In this document: positions 1 through 9,799 of the stretch, piece by piece
Position numbering within the stretch: position 1 is the first letter of the stretch
Layout: the number at the start of each line of letters is the position of its first letter
Assembly (NCBI GenBank): GCA_002687895.1
Contig: NZBL01000003.1
Span: forward strand, 20,821-84,820
DNA length: 64,000 nt
Direction of reading: 5' to 3'
From: a bacterium
GTDB lineage: Bacteria; Patescibacteriota; Patescibacteriia; UBA2169
Notes under the pieces: generated by a model
The model's database searches: none
Seen by the model: the letters and a program-made list of their open reading frames with translations, nothing else
What the model was told of the DNA's origin: nothing
Made by a program: the position numbers and the translations under genes

Positions 1-37
1 TGTAATGCAAATACAATTTAAGCGTCTAATTAGGTAG

Positions 38-2245
38 ATGAATACAAAAGTTTTAATCACAATTGCGATTGCGCTAATATTGGCAGTGCCGAGTATGGCA
101 CAAGCTAGATTTTATGATCCAAACGATATTTTAACTGATGCAGAATTAAATGATGGAAATGCCTTGTCGCGAACTGCGATTCAAAGATTTTTAGATCAAA
201 AAGGCAGTGTATTAAGAAATACAACAGCACTTGTTAATGGAGTTCCAAAGCTGGTAAGCGAAATGATATATGAATTAGGTCAATCTTATGGGATTAGCCA
301 AAAGTTTTTATTGGCTAAACTTCAGCAAGAACAAGGTCTGATAGAAAAGTCTACAGCATCTGATACTAAATTAGATTGGGCAACAGGATATTCTTGCTTT
401 AGTGGTCGATGCAATGAAAAATATAGGGGAATCTATAAGCAATTAGATGCTGCCGCGGACGTGCAAAGGATTTATAATGAACGCAGCCAGTCAGCAGGAT
501 ATTTTGGTTATCAAAAGGATAAAGAAACTAAAACAAGGGATGGTTTTACAGTAAAGCCCGAAAATCAAGCAACTACAAATCTGTATATTTATACGCCATA
601 CAAAGGATCCTTATCTGGAATAGGAGGCAATTTCTTTTTCTCTAGAGTATGGAACCAATATTTTACAGAACGAATATATCCAGATGGCGCGCTTTTGCGA
701 GATAGCGCAACTGGCGAGTATTGGAAAATTAAGAATAACAAAAGAAGGCAGTATATAACTGACGCAATCTACTTATCTGATCATGCGCCCGAAGACGCTA
801 TCACTGTTCCATCAGAGCGTCTTGTTTATTATCAAATAGGCGAGCCTATTACAATTACAAACAATACTGTGGTCAAAACAAATGATTCTGGAGTTATGTA
901 CCTTTTGTCAGATGGATTAAAGCACCGTTTAGTAGGAAGCAGTGCTTTAGCATCTTTGGGATATCATATTGCAGATACTAGCTCTATTACTCCTACTATT
1001 ATTTCCAAAAACGAACTTAATGATCTAGAAGAAGGCGAACCAATTACAGAACAATCACTATACCCAACTGGAATACTTGTAAAAAGCGATGGACCTAGTA
1101 TTTTTTATGTTAAGCACAGTATTAAGCAATTGCTTTTAGATGAAGCAGTATGGCAGGAAAATTTTAATAAGGAGGAGCCTGTGTATGTATCGCAGTCTGT
1201 TTTAGACGGTTTTACTCTTGGAGATCCACTAAGCCTGAATGAAGGCAGCTTGGTAAAGTCAAAAGACGGCAAATACTATACAATTTCCAATAATAAAATA
1301 AAGAGAATTGCTAGTGCTGATATTGTAAAGCGAGTATATGGAATAGCAAGCTTCAATATAGTTCCAGAAGCAAGCGATGAATTGCTTGAATTAACAGATG
1401 CTGGAGATCCAATTGAATATATTGATGATACAGTAGAAGACCCTATAAATTATATTTCCTATGCTGATCGCCAGCAAAATGTAACAATACAAAAAAATCC
1501 ATATTTTGCATTGTTTGATACTTTGATAGCGCCAAAGAGCATGCTTGCGGGCGCAAATTCAACAGTCACGGTCAAATTCAGGAATAGGGGTGATGTGAAT
1601 TGGCCAGCAGGTCAGGTCTATTTAAAATTAATTGATGAAAATCATCCTACAAGTTCGTTTATAGAAAATAATAGAATTCCTTTGGATACAACAGCTACTT
1701 ATAACCGCTTAGCAATGTTTGATGTAGGAATTACCGCGCCAATTGAACCTCAAAAAATCAAGCAATGGTTTATTTTGGAATATACAGATTCAAGCGGAAC
1801 TATTGTAGAAATGCCAGGTGGGCTTCTAAATCAGGAGATCAACGTGATATCTGATGTATCAGCAGAAGTTGTTGAACATGATCTTCCAGTTGCAATTAAA
1901 GCCAATTCACGGCCAAAGCAAGTTGAAATTCATTTAAAGAACAACAGCCGCAATCAAGTTTGGACATCCCGCCGAGCTGCACTTACACTTAAAGGCGGAG
2001 ATGATACAGAATCTGTATTTTATGATCCAGGAGATTGGATAGATAATGAAACAGTCGGAGTTCCAATTAATCAGACGCTAATTCGCCCGGGTGAAACTGG
2101 AACAATTAAATTCACTCTTGATCCCCGCAATGTACGTCCAGCAATTTATAAACTTGTATTTTCCATGGAATTAAGAGATATAGAAGAAACAGTATATATA
2201 AATGGCGAACAATTTTGGGAGCGCTTAATTAGGGTTGATAAATAA
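38..2245 (+). CDS. Secreted surface protein: N-terminal putative lysozyme-like/peptidoglycan-active domain, CPR-type repeats, C-terminal Ig-like (NBR1-like) domains
   Basis: Signal peptide MNTKVLITIAIALILAVPSMAQA; LLAKLQQEQGLI, DWATGY and NQATTNLYIYTPY motifs shared with paralog 12710-14140; repeated YPDG/G-x-LV-K-x-x-YY units; VKFRNRGDVNW Ig-like motif. Confidence 0.6.
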   Translation: MNTKVLITIAIALILAVPSMAQARFYDPNDILTDAELNDGNALSRTAIQRFLDQKGSVLRNTTALVNGVPKLVSEMIYELGQSYGISQKFLLAKLQQEQGLIEKSTASDTKLDWATGYSCFSGRCNEKYRGIYKQLDAAADVQRIYNERSQSAGYFGYQKDKETKTRDGFTVKPENQATTNLYIYTPYKGSLSGIGGNFFFSRVWNQYFTERIYPDGALLRDSATGEYWKIKNNKRRQYITDAIYLSDHAPEDAITVPSERLVYYQIGEPITITNNTVVKTNDSGVMYLLSDGLKHRLVGSSALASLGYHIADTSSITPTIISKNELNDLEEGEPITEQSLYPTGILVKSDGPSIFYVKHSIKQLLLDEAVWQENFNKEEPVYVSQSVLDGFTLGDPLSLNEGSLVKSKDGKYYTISNNKIKRIASADIVKRVYGIASFNIVPEASDELLELTDAGDPIEYIDDTVEDPINYISYADRQQNVTIQKNPYFALFDTLIAPKSMLAGANSTVTVKFRNRGDVNWPAGQVYLKLIDENHPTSSFIENNRIPLDTTATYNRLAMFDVGITAPIEPQKIKQWFILEYTDSSGTIVEMPGGLLNQEINVISDVSAEVVEHDLPVAIKANSRPKQVEIHLKNNSRNQVWTSRRAALTLKGGDDTESVFYDPGDWIDNETVGVPINQTLIRPGETGTIKFTLDPRNVRPAIYKLVFSMELRDIEETVYINGEQFWERLIRVDK

Positions 2246-2246
2246 T

Positions 2247-2651
2247 ATGTCAAACTCAATTGTTAAGGCAATTATATTTTCCAAGCCAATGATTATAGTT
2301 GAAATTGGAATTTTAATAGTTATTGGGTTTAGCGCTGGAAAAGAATATTTAGAAAAAAGGGCAATAGAAGAGGAAATAGCTCATTTAGAAACTGAAATAG
2401 GAAAATTAGAAAACCAAAAAGATGATCTTGGAGCTTTGATTAAATATGTTCGAACTGACGCATTTGTGCAGCAGCAAGCAAGAGAAAAGCTTAATCTAAC
2501 AGCCCAAGGAGAATCAGTAGTAGTTATTCCAGAAGTTGACGCAGATTCAAGTGATTTTTATGCTTCAAATGAATCAGAAAAAGGCTTGGTTTTGGGAGAA
2601 TCCAGCTTAAAAATCTGGTGGGAGTATTTTTTTGATCAAGAAAGCTTATAA
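2247..2651 (+). CDS. Septum formation initiator family protein (FtsB/DivIC-like)
   Basis: One TM helix, coiled coil, AREKLNL..GESVVVIP motif; ATG at 2247 preferred over TTG at 2235. Confidence 0.8.
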   Translation: MSNSIVKAIIFSKPMIIVEIGILIVIGFSAGKEYLEKRAIEEEIAHLETEIGKLENQKDDLGALIKYVRTDAFVQQQAREKLNLTAQGESVVVIPEVDADSSDFYASNESEKGLVLGESSLKIWWEYFFDQESL

Positions 2652-2659
2652 TAACAATC

Positions 2660-3580
2660 ATGAGCATATTTAAGAATAAAAAAATTAAAAATACTATAAT
2701 TGGAGCAGGAATTATAATATTTATTGTCATAATATTTGGAATTGGAATATACCGCGCCCAATGGCAGTCAAATATTGCTTATGTTGCCGCCAGAATTATT
2801 CCTTATCCTGCTATTTTGGTTGATTGGGAATTTATTCCATTGCATATATATATAAATGATCTTCAAACTCTTAATAAGTATTGGAATTTCCAGCGCGACA
2901 ACACAAATATTCTTTTGGGCATACCTAACCAAAATGAGATTAGAGAGCGCTTGATAAATAAGCTGATTACTGAAAAAATCATTCATATTTGGGCGCGCAA
3001 GAACAGAATTCAAGTTTCAGATGAAGAGCTGTATTTGGAATGGGAAAGGCTAAAAACAAAGCCTGGAGGAGAGGAGGAAATCACACAGTTTTTAGATGAC
3101 GCATATGGGTGGAGCGATAAAAAATTTATAGATCGGGTATTGCATCCTTTTCTGCTTCAGCAAAAAGTAAAAGCAGCGCTTTTGCAGGAGCGCGGAGAAA
3201 CTGATGAAACAATAAAGGAAGATGCGTTGGAAATATACGTACTAGCAATAGAACAGGGAGCTGATTTTAGCGAGCTTGCTAAACAGTATTCTTATGACGC
3301 TATATCAGGACCAAAGGGAGGTGATCTTGGATATTTTGGAAGGGGAACCCTTGAGCCTCAGCTAGAATCAGCTATTTTTGATATGGAAATTGGCCAGATT
3401 AGCAAGCCAATAAAATCCTCTTTTGGGTATCACATAGTAAAGTTGGAGGATCTATTATATAGTGATACGGGCGTAGCAACTAAGGCGCGTGCAAGCCATA
3501 TTTTGATAAGAGGGTTTGATTTTAACGAGTGGATAGAAAAGCAAAAACAAGAACTAGCTATTTATAGGCTAGTAATATAG
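2660..3580 (+). CDS. PrsA/SurA-like parvulin peptidyl-prolyl isomerase
   Basis: N-terminal anchor; FSELAKQYS..GGDLGYF..G..SKPIKSSFGYHIVK rotamase motif. Confidence 0.9.
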   Translation: MSIFKNKKIKNTIIGAGIIIFIVIIFGIGIYRAQWQSNIAYVAARIIPYPAILVDWEFIPLHIYINDLQTLNKYWNFQRDNTNILLGIPNQNEIRERLINKLITEKIIHIWARKNRIQVSDEELYLEWERLKTKPGGEEEITQFLDDAYGWSDKKFIDRVLHPFLLQQKVKAALLQERGETDETIKEDALEIYVLAIEQGADFSELAKQYSYDAISGPKGGDLGYFGRGTLEPQLESAIFDMEIGQISKPIKSSFGYHIVKLEDLLYSDTGVATKARASHILIRGFDFNEWIEKQKQELAIYRLVI

Positions 3581-3775
3581 CTGGAGTGTCTTTATGACTC
3601 TGCTCGAACTTACTTTATCAAAAATTCCTGACTTTTGGAAGCCCGCCACCAGCCGCCGCAAAGCGGCGGCCTGCCTCGCAGAAAAATTGCCTTACCTTTT
3701 TTGATTTTGCGCGCGCCGAGCGGCAAGGATCCATCAGGGCAAAATCAATGGGCGGCTCTGCACTTTCTCTAAAAC

Positions 3776-3850
3776 TGGAGCAGGTGACGGGATTTGAACC
3801 CGCGATCTTCTGCTTGGGAAGCAGACGTTCTACCACTGAACTACACCTGC
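3776..3850 (-). tRNA. tRNA-Gly(CCC)
   Basis: Reverse complement GCAGGTGTAGTTCAGTGGTAGAACGTCTGCTTCCCAAGCAGAAGATCGCGGGTTCAAATCCCGTCACCTGCTCCA folds as a cloverleaf with encoded CCA. Confidence 0.97.
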
Positions 3851-3851
3851 A

Positions 3852-3928
3852 TGGAGCCACCTCCCGGAGTCGAACCGGGGACCTACGCATTACGAGTGCG
3901 TCGCTCTAACCATCTGAGCTAAGGTGGC
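3852..3928 (-). tRNA. tRNA-Thr(CGT)
   Basis: Reverse complement GCCACCTTAGCTCAGATGGTTAGAGCGACGCACTCGTAATGCGTAGGTCCCCGGTTCGACTCCGGGAGGTGGCTCCA; anticodon loop CTCGTAA; 1 nt from tRNA-Gly. Confidence 0.97.
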
Positions 3929-3940
3929 TCGTTGTAGTCA

Positions 3941-3988
3941 CACGAAAGCTTACAGAAGCCAGCAAGCTGGCTTCTGTAAGCTTTCGTG
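3941..3988. repeat. Perfect 23-bp inverted repeat
   Basis: CACGAAAGCTTACAGAAGCCAGC-AA-GCTGGCTTCTGTAAGCTTTCGTG; reads as a G-CUUG-C tetraloop hairpin on the minus strand. Confidence 0.95.
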
Positions 3989-4073
3989 CGCCTACCCCTC
4001 TAAATTCACCACTTAACCTCGCAAGCTCAGCCCAAGTGGTGAGTTGTAGAATCTAGGAACCAGTGTGTTTATG

Positions 4074-4082
4074 TGTTATAAT
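4074..4082 (+). promoter_or_regulatory. Extended -10 promoter for ftsEX
   Basis: TGTTATAAT about 35 nt upstream of the ftsE ATG. Confidence 0.55.
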
Positions 4083-4116
4083 ATAGTATGCTACACTGAT
4101 TAGGTCAATTAATATT

Positions 4117-4797
4117 ATGGTAAGTTTCAAGAACGTAAGTAAAATTTATACTGGCCATCAAACAGCGCTTAAGAATGTAAATCTACATATAGAGCCTGGC
4201 GAGTTTGTCTCAATTGTCGGGCAAAGCGGAACAGGAAAAACAACTCTAGTTAAGCTGATTTTAGCGGAAGAGCGCCCCAGCCACGGCAAAATAAGCATAG
4301 GAGGATGGGATATTACAGATATAAAACACAGGGAAATCCCTACTTTGCGCAAGCAAATTGGAGTTGTGTTTCAGGATTTTAAGCTTTTACAAAGAAAAAC
4401 ATTGTTTGAAAATGTTGCTTTTGCCTTAGAAGTCGGCGGAGAGCAGCATAGCAATATTTATGAAATAGTTCCTCAAGTACTAAGGATTGTAGGATTAGAA
4501 GGAAAAATGGACAGGTTTCCGCATCAGATTTCCGGAGGAGAGCAGCAAAGAGTAGTTGTTGCGCGTTCGCTCGCGCACAGGCCCAAGATTCTAGTTGCGG
4601 ATGAGCCAACAGGAAATCTAGATTCAATTAATTCCCGCGACATAATTGAGCTATTAAAAAAAATAAATGATTTCGGCACAACAGTTATTTTAGTTACTCA
4701 CAACAGAGAGGTTGTAAATGAGCTGCATCGCAGGGTTATTACTTTGGAGGATGGAGTTGTTATAAGCGACAAGCAAAGAGGCAAGTATTTATTATAA
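4117..4797 (+). CDS. ftsE: Cell division ATP-binding protein FtsE
   Basis: GQSGTGKTT Walker A, IGVVFQDFKLL, SGGEQQRV, ADEPTGNLD; followed by ftsX. Confidence 0.96.
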   Translation: MVSFKNVSKIYTGHQTALKNVNLHIEPGEFVSIVGQSGTGKTTLVKLILAEERPSHGKISIGGWDITDIKHREIPTLRKQIGVVFQDFKLLQRKTLFENVAFALEVGGEQHSNIYEIVPQVLRIVGLEGKMDRFPHQISGGEQQRVVVARSLAHRPKILVADEPTGNLDSINSRDIIELLKKINDFGTTVILVTHNREVVNELHRRVITLEDGVVISDKQRGKYLL

Positions 4798-4798
4798 T

Positions 4799-5719
4799 AT
4801 GATATTTCTTTCAATATCCAGGATTGCGAAATTTTCACTGCAGAATTTTTTTAGAAATATCTGGCTTTCTTTGGTTACTATTACAATCATAGTGCTTACT
4901 TTATTCAGCGTTACATCCTTGGTATTTGTCAACGCGGTCATGAACCAGGCAATTAAGTTGGTTGAATCAAAAGTAGATGTAAGCGTGTATTTTAAGCCTA
5001 CTGTAATAGAAGAGCAGATTGTGGCTGTGCAGTCTAATCTTGTTGAATTGCCATATGTCAAAGAAGTGCGCCATGTAACAAAATCACAGGCCTTGGCAGG
5101 CCTGCGCGAGCAATATAAGGACAGCCCCTTAATTTTAGAATCATTAAAGGAGCTGGGTAATAATCCCTTAGGAGATACTTTAATAGTAAATACTTATGAA
5201 ACGCAGGATTACCAAAAAGTAATTGATATATTAAAAGCAACTCCAGAGTACGCTGTTTTAATTGACAGCCAAAGCTTTGATGACAACAGCTATATCATAG
5301 ACAAGCTGGAGCAGATTTCTAAGCAAGTTACAGGAATTGGATGGGGAGTTACTGTCTTTTTCGCCTTAATATCATTATTAGTTATTGTCAACACAATTAG
5401 AATTGCCATATATACTCACCGCGATGAAATAGGCATTATGAAGCTTGTTGGCGCTTCTAATACTTTTGTGCGTGGCCCATTTATTGGAGAAGCAATTTTG
5501 TACGCGATATTAGGAAGCATTATAACATTTGGATTAACTTATATAGTTGCTGGATTTAGCGATCCATATATAGTAGGGTTGCTTGGCAAGACTGATTTTA
5601 CTTTGCTTAACTATCTAAATGCAAATGTATTATATATATTTGGAGGAGAGCTTATAGGAATTACATTAATATCAGTTATAGCTACTTCGCTTGCATTGCG
5701 CAGGTATATGCGTATATAA
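4799..5719 (+). CDS. ftsX: Cell division permease FtsX
   Basis: Four TM layout; NTIRIAIYTHRDEIGIMKLVGASNTFVRGPFIGE motif. Confidence 0.95.
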   Translation: MIFLSISRIAKFSLQNFFRNIWLSLVTITIIVLTLFSVTSLVFVNAVMNQAIKLVESKVDVSVYFKPTVIEEQIVAVQSNLVELPYVKEVRHVTKSQALAGLREQYKDSPLILESLKELGNNPLGDTLIVNTYETQDYQKVIDILKATPEYAVLIDSQSFDDNSYIIDKLEQISKQVTGIGWGVTVFFALISLLVIVNTIRIAIYTHRDEIGIMKLVGASNTFVRGPFIGEAILYAILGSIITFGLTYIVAGFSDPYIVGLLGKTDFTLLNYLNANVLYIFGGELIGITLISVIATSLALRRYMRI

Positions 5720-5733
5720 TGCATAGCTATTAT

Positions 5734-5807
5734 TCGGGGATCGTCTAATGGTAGGACGCCAGGTTTTGGTCCTGGTAATCGGGGTTCAAATCCCTGTCCC
5801 CGAGCCA
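5734..5807 (+). tRNA. tRNA-Gln(TTG)
   Basis: TCGGGGATCGTCTAATGGTAGGACGCCAGGTTTTGGTCCTGGTAATCGGGGTTCAAATCCCTGTCCCCGAGCCA. Confidence 0.97.
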
Positions 5808-5815
5808 GGAATTTA

Positions 5816-5840
5816 AAGGCCGCCTTTGGGTGGTTTTTTT
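5816..5840 (+). terminator. Intrinsic terminator after tRNA-Gln
   Basis: GGCCGCC-TTTG-GGTGGTT stem with G-U pairs, followed by a T-run. Confidence 0.75.
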
Positions 5841-5856
5841 GCTTGCAAATTTAGGG

Positions 5857-5885
5857 TTGACTAGATTATAAAAATATGTTATTAT
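5857..5885 (+). promoter_or_regulatory. Sigma70-type promoter
   Basis: TTGACT-N17-TATTAT with TG extension. Confidence 0.7.
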
Positions 5886-5959
5886 ATTTTACTCGTGAGT
5901 ATTGTACATTGAAAACAACCACATAGCCAAAAAATTTGGCTTAAAAGAAAAGCTTTATC

Positions 5960-6103
5960 ATGAGCTTGAAAGAGGATTTTTTCAAAGTCGTAGGAGATCC
6001 AAGTTTCGTTAGTAGGTTATTCAGAGATTTGGATAATGCCAGAGGGTTTTTAGAGGAGCTTCCAAATACCATATGCGAGACACCCATTTTAATTATGCTA
6101 TAA
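5960..6103 (+). CDS. Small hypothetical ORF (47 aa), possibly a gene remnant
   Basis: [47 protein letters not shown] downstream of a strong promoter; below the ORF-track cutoff. Confidence 0.35.
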   Translation: MSLKEDFFKVVGDPSFVSRLFRDLDNARGFLEELPNTICETPILIML

Positions 6104-6119
6104 TATAAAGATAAGATTT

Positions 6120-6869
6120 ATGAAAAATACAAAACAAGAGATCATAAAAGAATTAAAACAAGTACATAAAAGCGGTGGTGCAATGGAGAAGTATCACAAA
6201 ACAGGCTCTGGAGCCTATTTAAGGGATATGGTATATGGAGCAAATGACGGAATCATCACTACATTCGCGGTTGTTGCTGGAGTTGCTGGAGCTGGATTAG
6301 ACACTAAAATTGTTTTGATTTTAGGAATAGCAAACTTAGTTGCGGATGGATTTGCCATGGCAACTGGAAACTTTCTTGGCACTAGAAGCGAAAATCAGCT
6401 AATTAAGCGCGAAAGAGAAATGGAGGAATGGGAAATTGAGCATATTCCAGAGGAAGAAAAAAAGGAGATTCAGGCAATCTACGCAAAAAAAGGATTTAAA
6501 GGGAATGACCTTAAGCGAGCGACGCAGATTATTACCAGCAACAAAGAGGCATGGATAGATGAGATGATGATTCATGAGCTTGGAACTGTGCCAGGCGAGG
6601 AAGATCATCCTTTTAAAAATGGCGTGGCAACATTTATTGCGTTTGTAATTGCTGGTTTTTTGCCTTTAGTGCCTTATATATTTGCCTTGGGAAATACTTT
6701 TTACACCGCGATTATTATGACCGTGTTCGCATTATTTGTTGTTGGTGCGCTCCGCAATATTTTCACAAAACAAAATATCATCATTGCAGGGTTAGAAATG
6801 CTTGGAGTTGGGGCAATTGCTGCTGTAGTTGCATATGGCCTAGGATATTGGATTGAAACCTTTGTGTAA
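6120..6869 (+). CDS. VIT1/CCC1 family Fe/Mn transporter
   Basis: [40 protein letters not shown] motifs; TGCTATAAT at 6096-6104. Confidence 0.93.
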   Translation: MKNTKQEIIKELKQVHKSGGAMEKYHKTGSGAYLRDMVYGANDGIITTFAVVAGVAGAGLDTKIVLILGIANLVADGFAMATGNFLGTRSENQLIKREREMEEWEIEHIPEEEKKEIQAIYAKKGFKGNDLKRATQIITSNKEAWIDEMMIHELGTVPGEEDHPFKNGVATFIAFVIAGFLPLVPYIFALGNTFYTAIIMTVFALFVVGALRNIFTKQNIIIAGLEMLGVGAIAAVVAYGLGYWIETFV

Positions 6870-6890
6870 AACTTAGTTTTATTTATGAGG

Positions 6891-6916
6891 AAACAGAATA
6901 TAACTCTGTTTTTTTT
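6891..6916 (+). terminator. Intrinsic terminator
   Basis: AAACAGA-loop-TCTGTTT followed by a T-run. Confidence 0.6.
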
Positions 6917-7020
6917 ATGCTTGATTATATGAGCCTAAATATGTTATATTATTGAGTCATTTGAAAGGCAAATGATTAAACCTTAAAAATTGAAATGCAT
7001 ATATCTTGGGAGGTGTTATC

Positions 7021-7152
7021 GTGAAATATGCAAACGTGGTATTGGCATTTATGCTGCTGATTTTTAGTATGCTGTCGTGCGGGGACAAAGGTCCTCCAAC
7101 AGGGCCTGTGCCAGGGAAAGAAGACACGCAACCTGACTCCTGTTTCCAATAG
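7021..7152 (+). pseudogene. Truncated lipoprotein gene (43 aa)
   Basis: SD GGAGGTG, GTG start, MKYANVVLAFMLLIFSMLSC lipobox then Pro/Gly linker; ends where the opposite-strand P-II homology ends. Confidence 0.6.
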
Positions 7153-7385
7153 ATCGTGGATACCACAAACTTGTCTACCTGATCATCCGCAACCACAATT
7201 TCGACCTTAATCTTAGGGTTAAAGTCAATAACATATTCAGCTCCGCAGTACACCTCTGAACGGCCTCTTTGTTGGCCATATCCTTTTACCTCACCTACGG
7301 TCATTCCAAAGATGCCTGGTTTGTTTAGTGCATCTTTTAGCTCATCAAGAGCATTTGGCCGCAAGATGGCTACTACCATTTTCAT
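7150..7385 (-). pseudogene. glnB: P-II nitrogen regulator (GlnB/GlnK), C-terminally truncated
   Basis: MKMVVAILRP..GMTVGEVKGYGQQRG..EVYCGAEYVIDFNPKIKVEIVV; homology stops near residue 78 and GDGKIF is absent; frame runs on to 6957 through unrelated sequence. Confidence 0.8.
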
Positions 7386-7449
7386 GTCATTACTCCTTTA
7401 CATGAGTTTAAATTGACAAGGTGCCTTGCTATAAAGCTACTATTATGGC

Positions 7450-8973
7450 ATGATTTCGTCAATGCCGCGATTATCACACAAACCGCTATATCGCTTTTTA
7501 GAAACAATCCCAGCCACTTTGGTTTGGGGTAGTTTTATTGGAGCAATAATTTTATCTATTTTCGCGCCATTGATTGCTATATATATCATCATATTATTTG
7601 ATTTGTATTGGCTAATTAAAGTAGTATATTGGCTAGTATACTTATTTAATTCATATCGCCATTATAGAACAGACATAAGAATTAACTGGCTCTCTAAACT
7701 AGAACAAGAAGATCCAATTTCTAATGACACAGCGCAATCGCATTGGAATAATTTATATCATTTAATATTTTTACCTACTTACAAAGAGCCTTTTGAAGTA
7801 CTTGATACAACATTTAAGGGTTTAGTTAATAGCAATTATCCTAAAGATAAATTTATAATTGCATTAGGAGTAGAGGAATGGGATAAAGAGCATGGATTGA
7901 AGGTTGCTCAAAAAATCAAGCAAAAATACGGAAATTACTTTTTTAAATTCTGGATTACTGTTCATCCAAAAAATCTTCCAAATGAGCAAAGAGGCAAAGG
8001 ATCAAACAATGTATTTGCCGCGAAAGCCGCGCAAAAGGAAATTGACAAGCTGAATATTGCATATGAAAAAATAATTGTATCAAGTTTTGATATTGACACA
8101 ATCGCGCATAAAGAATACTTTGGACATCTTACATATAAATTCTTGACCCACCCAAAGCCGCACAACACAAGCTATCAGCCAGTTGCTTTGTTTAACAACA
8201 ATATTTGGAAATCAAATCCATTTACAAGAACAGTTTCCAATGGCACAACATTCTGGCTTTTAACTGATCTCTCGCGTCCAGATCGTTTATTCACATTCTC
8301 ATCTCACTCAATGAGCTGGAAAACATTGGTTGCTGTTGGATTTTGGGAGGCTGATATTGTTACAGAAGATTCGCGCATTTTTCTGCAATGTCTGCTTCAC
8401 TATAATGGCGACTATGCTGTGACTCCAATGTATGTGCCAGTTTCCATGGATACTGTTGAGACAGGATCATTTTGGAGCTCCATATATGCTGTGTATAAGC
8501 AGCAAAGAAGATGGGCATGGGGAGTAGAGAATACCCCATACATGATGTGGCATTTTAGATTTAACAAAAAAATTCCTTTTATGAAAAAATTTAAATACTT
8601 TTTTAATCAAACAGAAGGAGCGTTCTCACTAGCAACTGTTCCAATATTAATTACAATGCTTGGGCGCTTGCCTTTGTATTTTGCAGATAAATCTACTCAA
8701 TCCACCGTAATAGCGCAAAACGCACCAATTGTTTTGGACTGGCTTTTGACAACTGCCATGGTTGGATTGTTCGCAACCGCAGTTATTTCAATTGTATTTT
8801 TACCGCCAATTCCAAAAGGCGAATCAAAGCACCGCTATTTGTGGATGTTTTTACAGTGGTTGCTTTTTCCTGTAAATATGATATTATTCGGCTCTGTGCC
8901 TGCAATTGAGGCGCAGACCCGCTTGGCCACAGGAAAGTATTTAGGCTTTCATGTGACTAAGAAAAATCGTTGA
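7450..8973 (+). CDS. Membrane GT2 family glycosyltransferase (processive-type motifs)
   Basis: LPTYKEP, FDIDT, TEDSR, QQRRWAWG motifs; multiple TM helices; start may be 7462. Confidence 0.88.
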   Translation: MISSMPRLSHKPLYRFLETIPATLVWGSFIGAIILSIFAPLIAIYIIILFDLYWLIKVVYWLVYLFNSYRHYRTDIRINWLSKLEQEDPISNDTAQSHWNNLYHLIFLPTYKEPFEVLDTTFKGLVNSNYPKDKFIIALGVEEWDKEHGLKVAQKIKQKYGNYFFKFWITVHPKNLPNEQRGKGSNNVFAAKAAQKEIDKLNIAYEKIIVSSFDIDTIAHKEYFGHLTYKFLTHPKPHNTSYQPVALFNNNIWKSNPFTRTVSNGTTFWLLTDLSRPDRLFTFSSHSMSWKTLVAVGFWEADIVTEDSRIFLQCLLHYNGDYAVTPMYVPVSMDTVETGSFWSSIYAVYKQQRRWAWGVENTPYMMWHFRFNKKIPFMKKFKYFFNQTEGAFSLATVPILITMLGRLPLYFADKSTQSTVIAQNAPIVLDWLLTTAMVGLFATAVISIVFLPPIPKGESKHRYLWMFLQWLLFPVNMILFGSVPAIEAQTRLATGKYLGFHVTKKNR

Positions 8974-9799
8974 TATTGAATCCTTTATTGCCTTTCAGAA
9001 ATTCTGAATAAGGCATTCTTTTTTTACCTTCAAGCTGAACCTCCTTTGGAGTTCCATCTTTTGACATTTTCCAGATGATGAGCTTTTTATTTTTATAAGT
9101 TGTCCATGCCCCAGGCCAGGGATTCATTGCGCGAACATGTGCTTCAATTTCAGTTTTTGACTTTTTCCAGTTAATTTTCCCAACTTGTTTTGTCAATTTT
9201 TCTGTGAATGATGCTTTAGCATGATCCTGCTCTTTTGGTTTGATTTTGCCTGCAATATAATCTGGTAATATTTTTATAAACAAATCAGCACCTATTTTAG
9301 CGAGTTTATCATGTAAATCTCCTGCTGTTTCTGTTTTATCTAGTTTAACTTTTTCTTGTGTAATAATTGGTCCATGATCCATTTCATCATCAAGTTGCAT
9401 AATAGTAACTCCTGTTTCATCATCTTGATTTAAGATTGCTACCTGAATAGGGGATGAACCGCGATACTTTGGCAAAAGGGATGGATGAAGATTTAATATT
9501 CCCTTTGGAAATGAATTAATAAGTTTCTTTGGAATAATTTTTCCATAAGCAACAAGAATGCCAAGATCAGCACCTGTGGGGTCAATTTTAGTTATATCAT
9601 CAACAACATCAATCCCTGCCTTTTGTGATTCTTTTTTTATAGGAGAGGGAACTAATTTTGAATGATGCCTGCCAACTGGCTTATCTGGTTGCGTAACGAC
9701 AAATTTAATATCAATAAAACCGGCCTTAATTAAGGCCTTAAGTGTTGGCACTGCAAATTCAGGCGTACCGAAGAATATAATTTGATAATTCTTATACAT
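8957..9799 (-). CDS. fmt: Methionyl-tRNA formyltransferase
   Basis: FFGTPEFA, VVTQPDKPVGR, NLHPSLLPKYRGSSP, MNPWPGAW. Confidence 0.97.
   Translation of the reverse strand: MYKNYQIIFFGTPEFAVPTLKALIKAGFIDIKFVVTQPDKPVGRHHSKLVPSPIKKESQKAGIDVVDDITKIDPTGADLGILVAYGKIIPKKLINSFPKGILNLHPSLLPKYRGSSPIQVAILNQDDETGVTIMQLDDEMDHGPIITQEKVKLDKTETAGDLHDKLAKIGADLFIKILPDYIAGKIKPKEQDHAKASFTEKLTKQVGKINWKKSKTEIEAHVRAMNPWPGAWTTYKNKKLIIWKMSKDGTPKEVQLEGKKRMPYSEFLKGNKGFNINDFS

Noticed and set aside
3618-3890. 90-aa minus-strand ORF
   Set aside because: Overlaps tRNA-Thr and tRNA-Gly; artefact
6957-7149. C-terminal half of the 142-aa P-II ORF as a novel fusion domain
   Set aside because: It is the antisense of the lipoprotein fragment and its leader; read-through after a deletion
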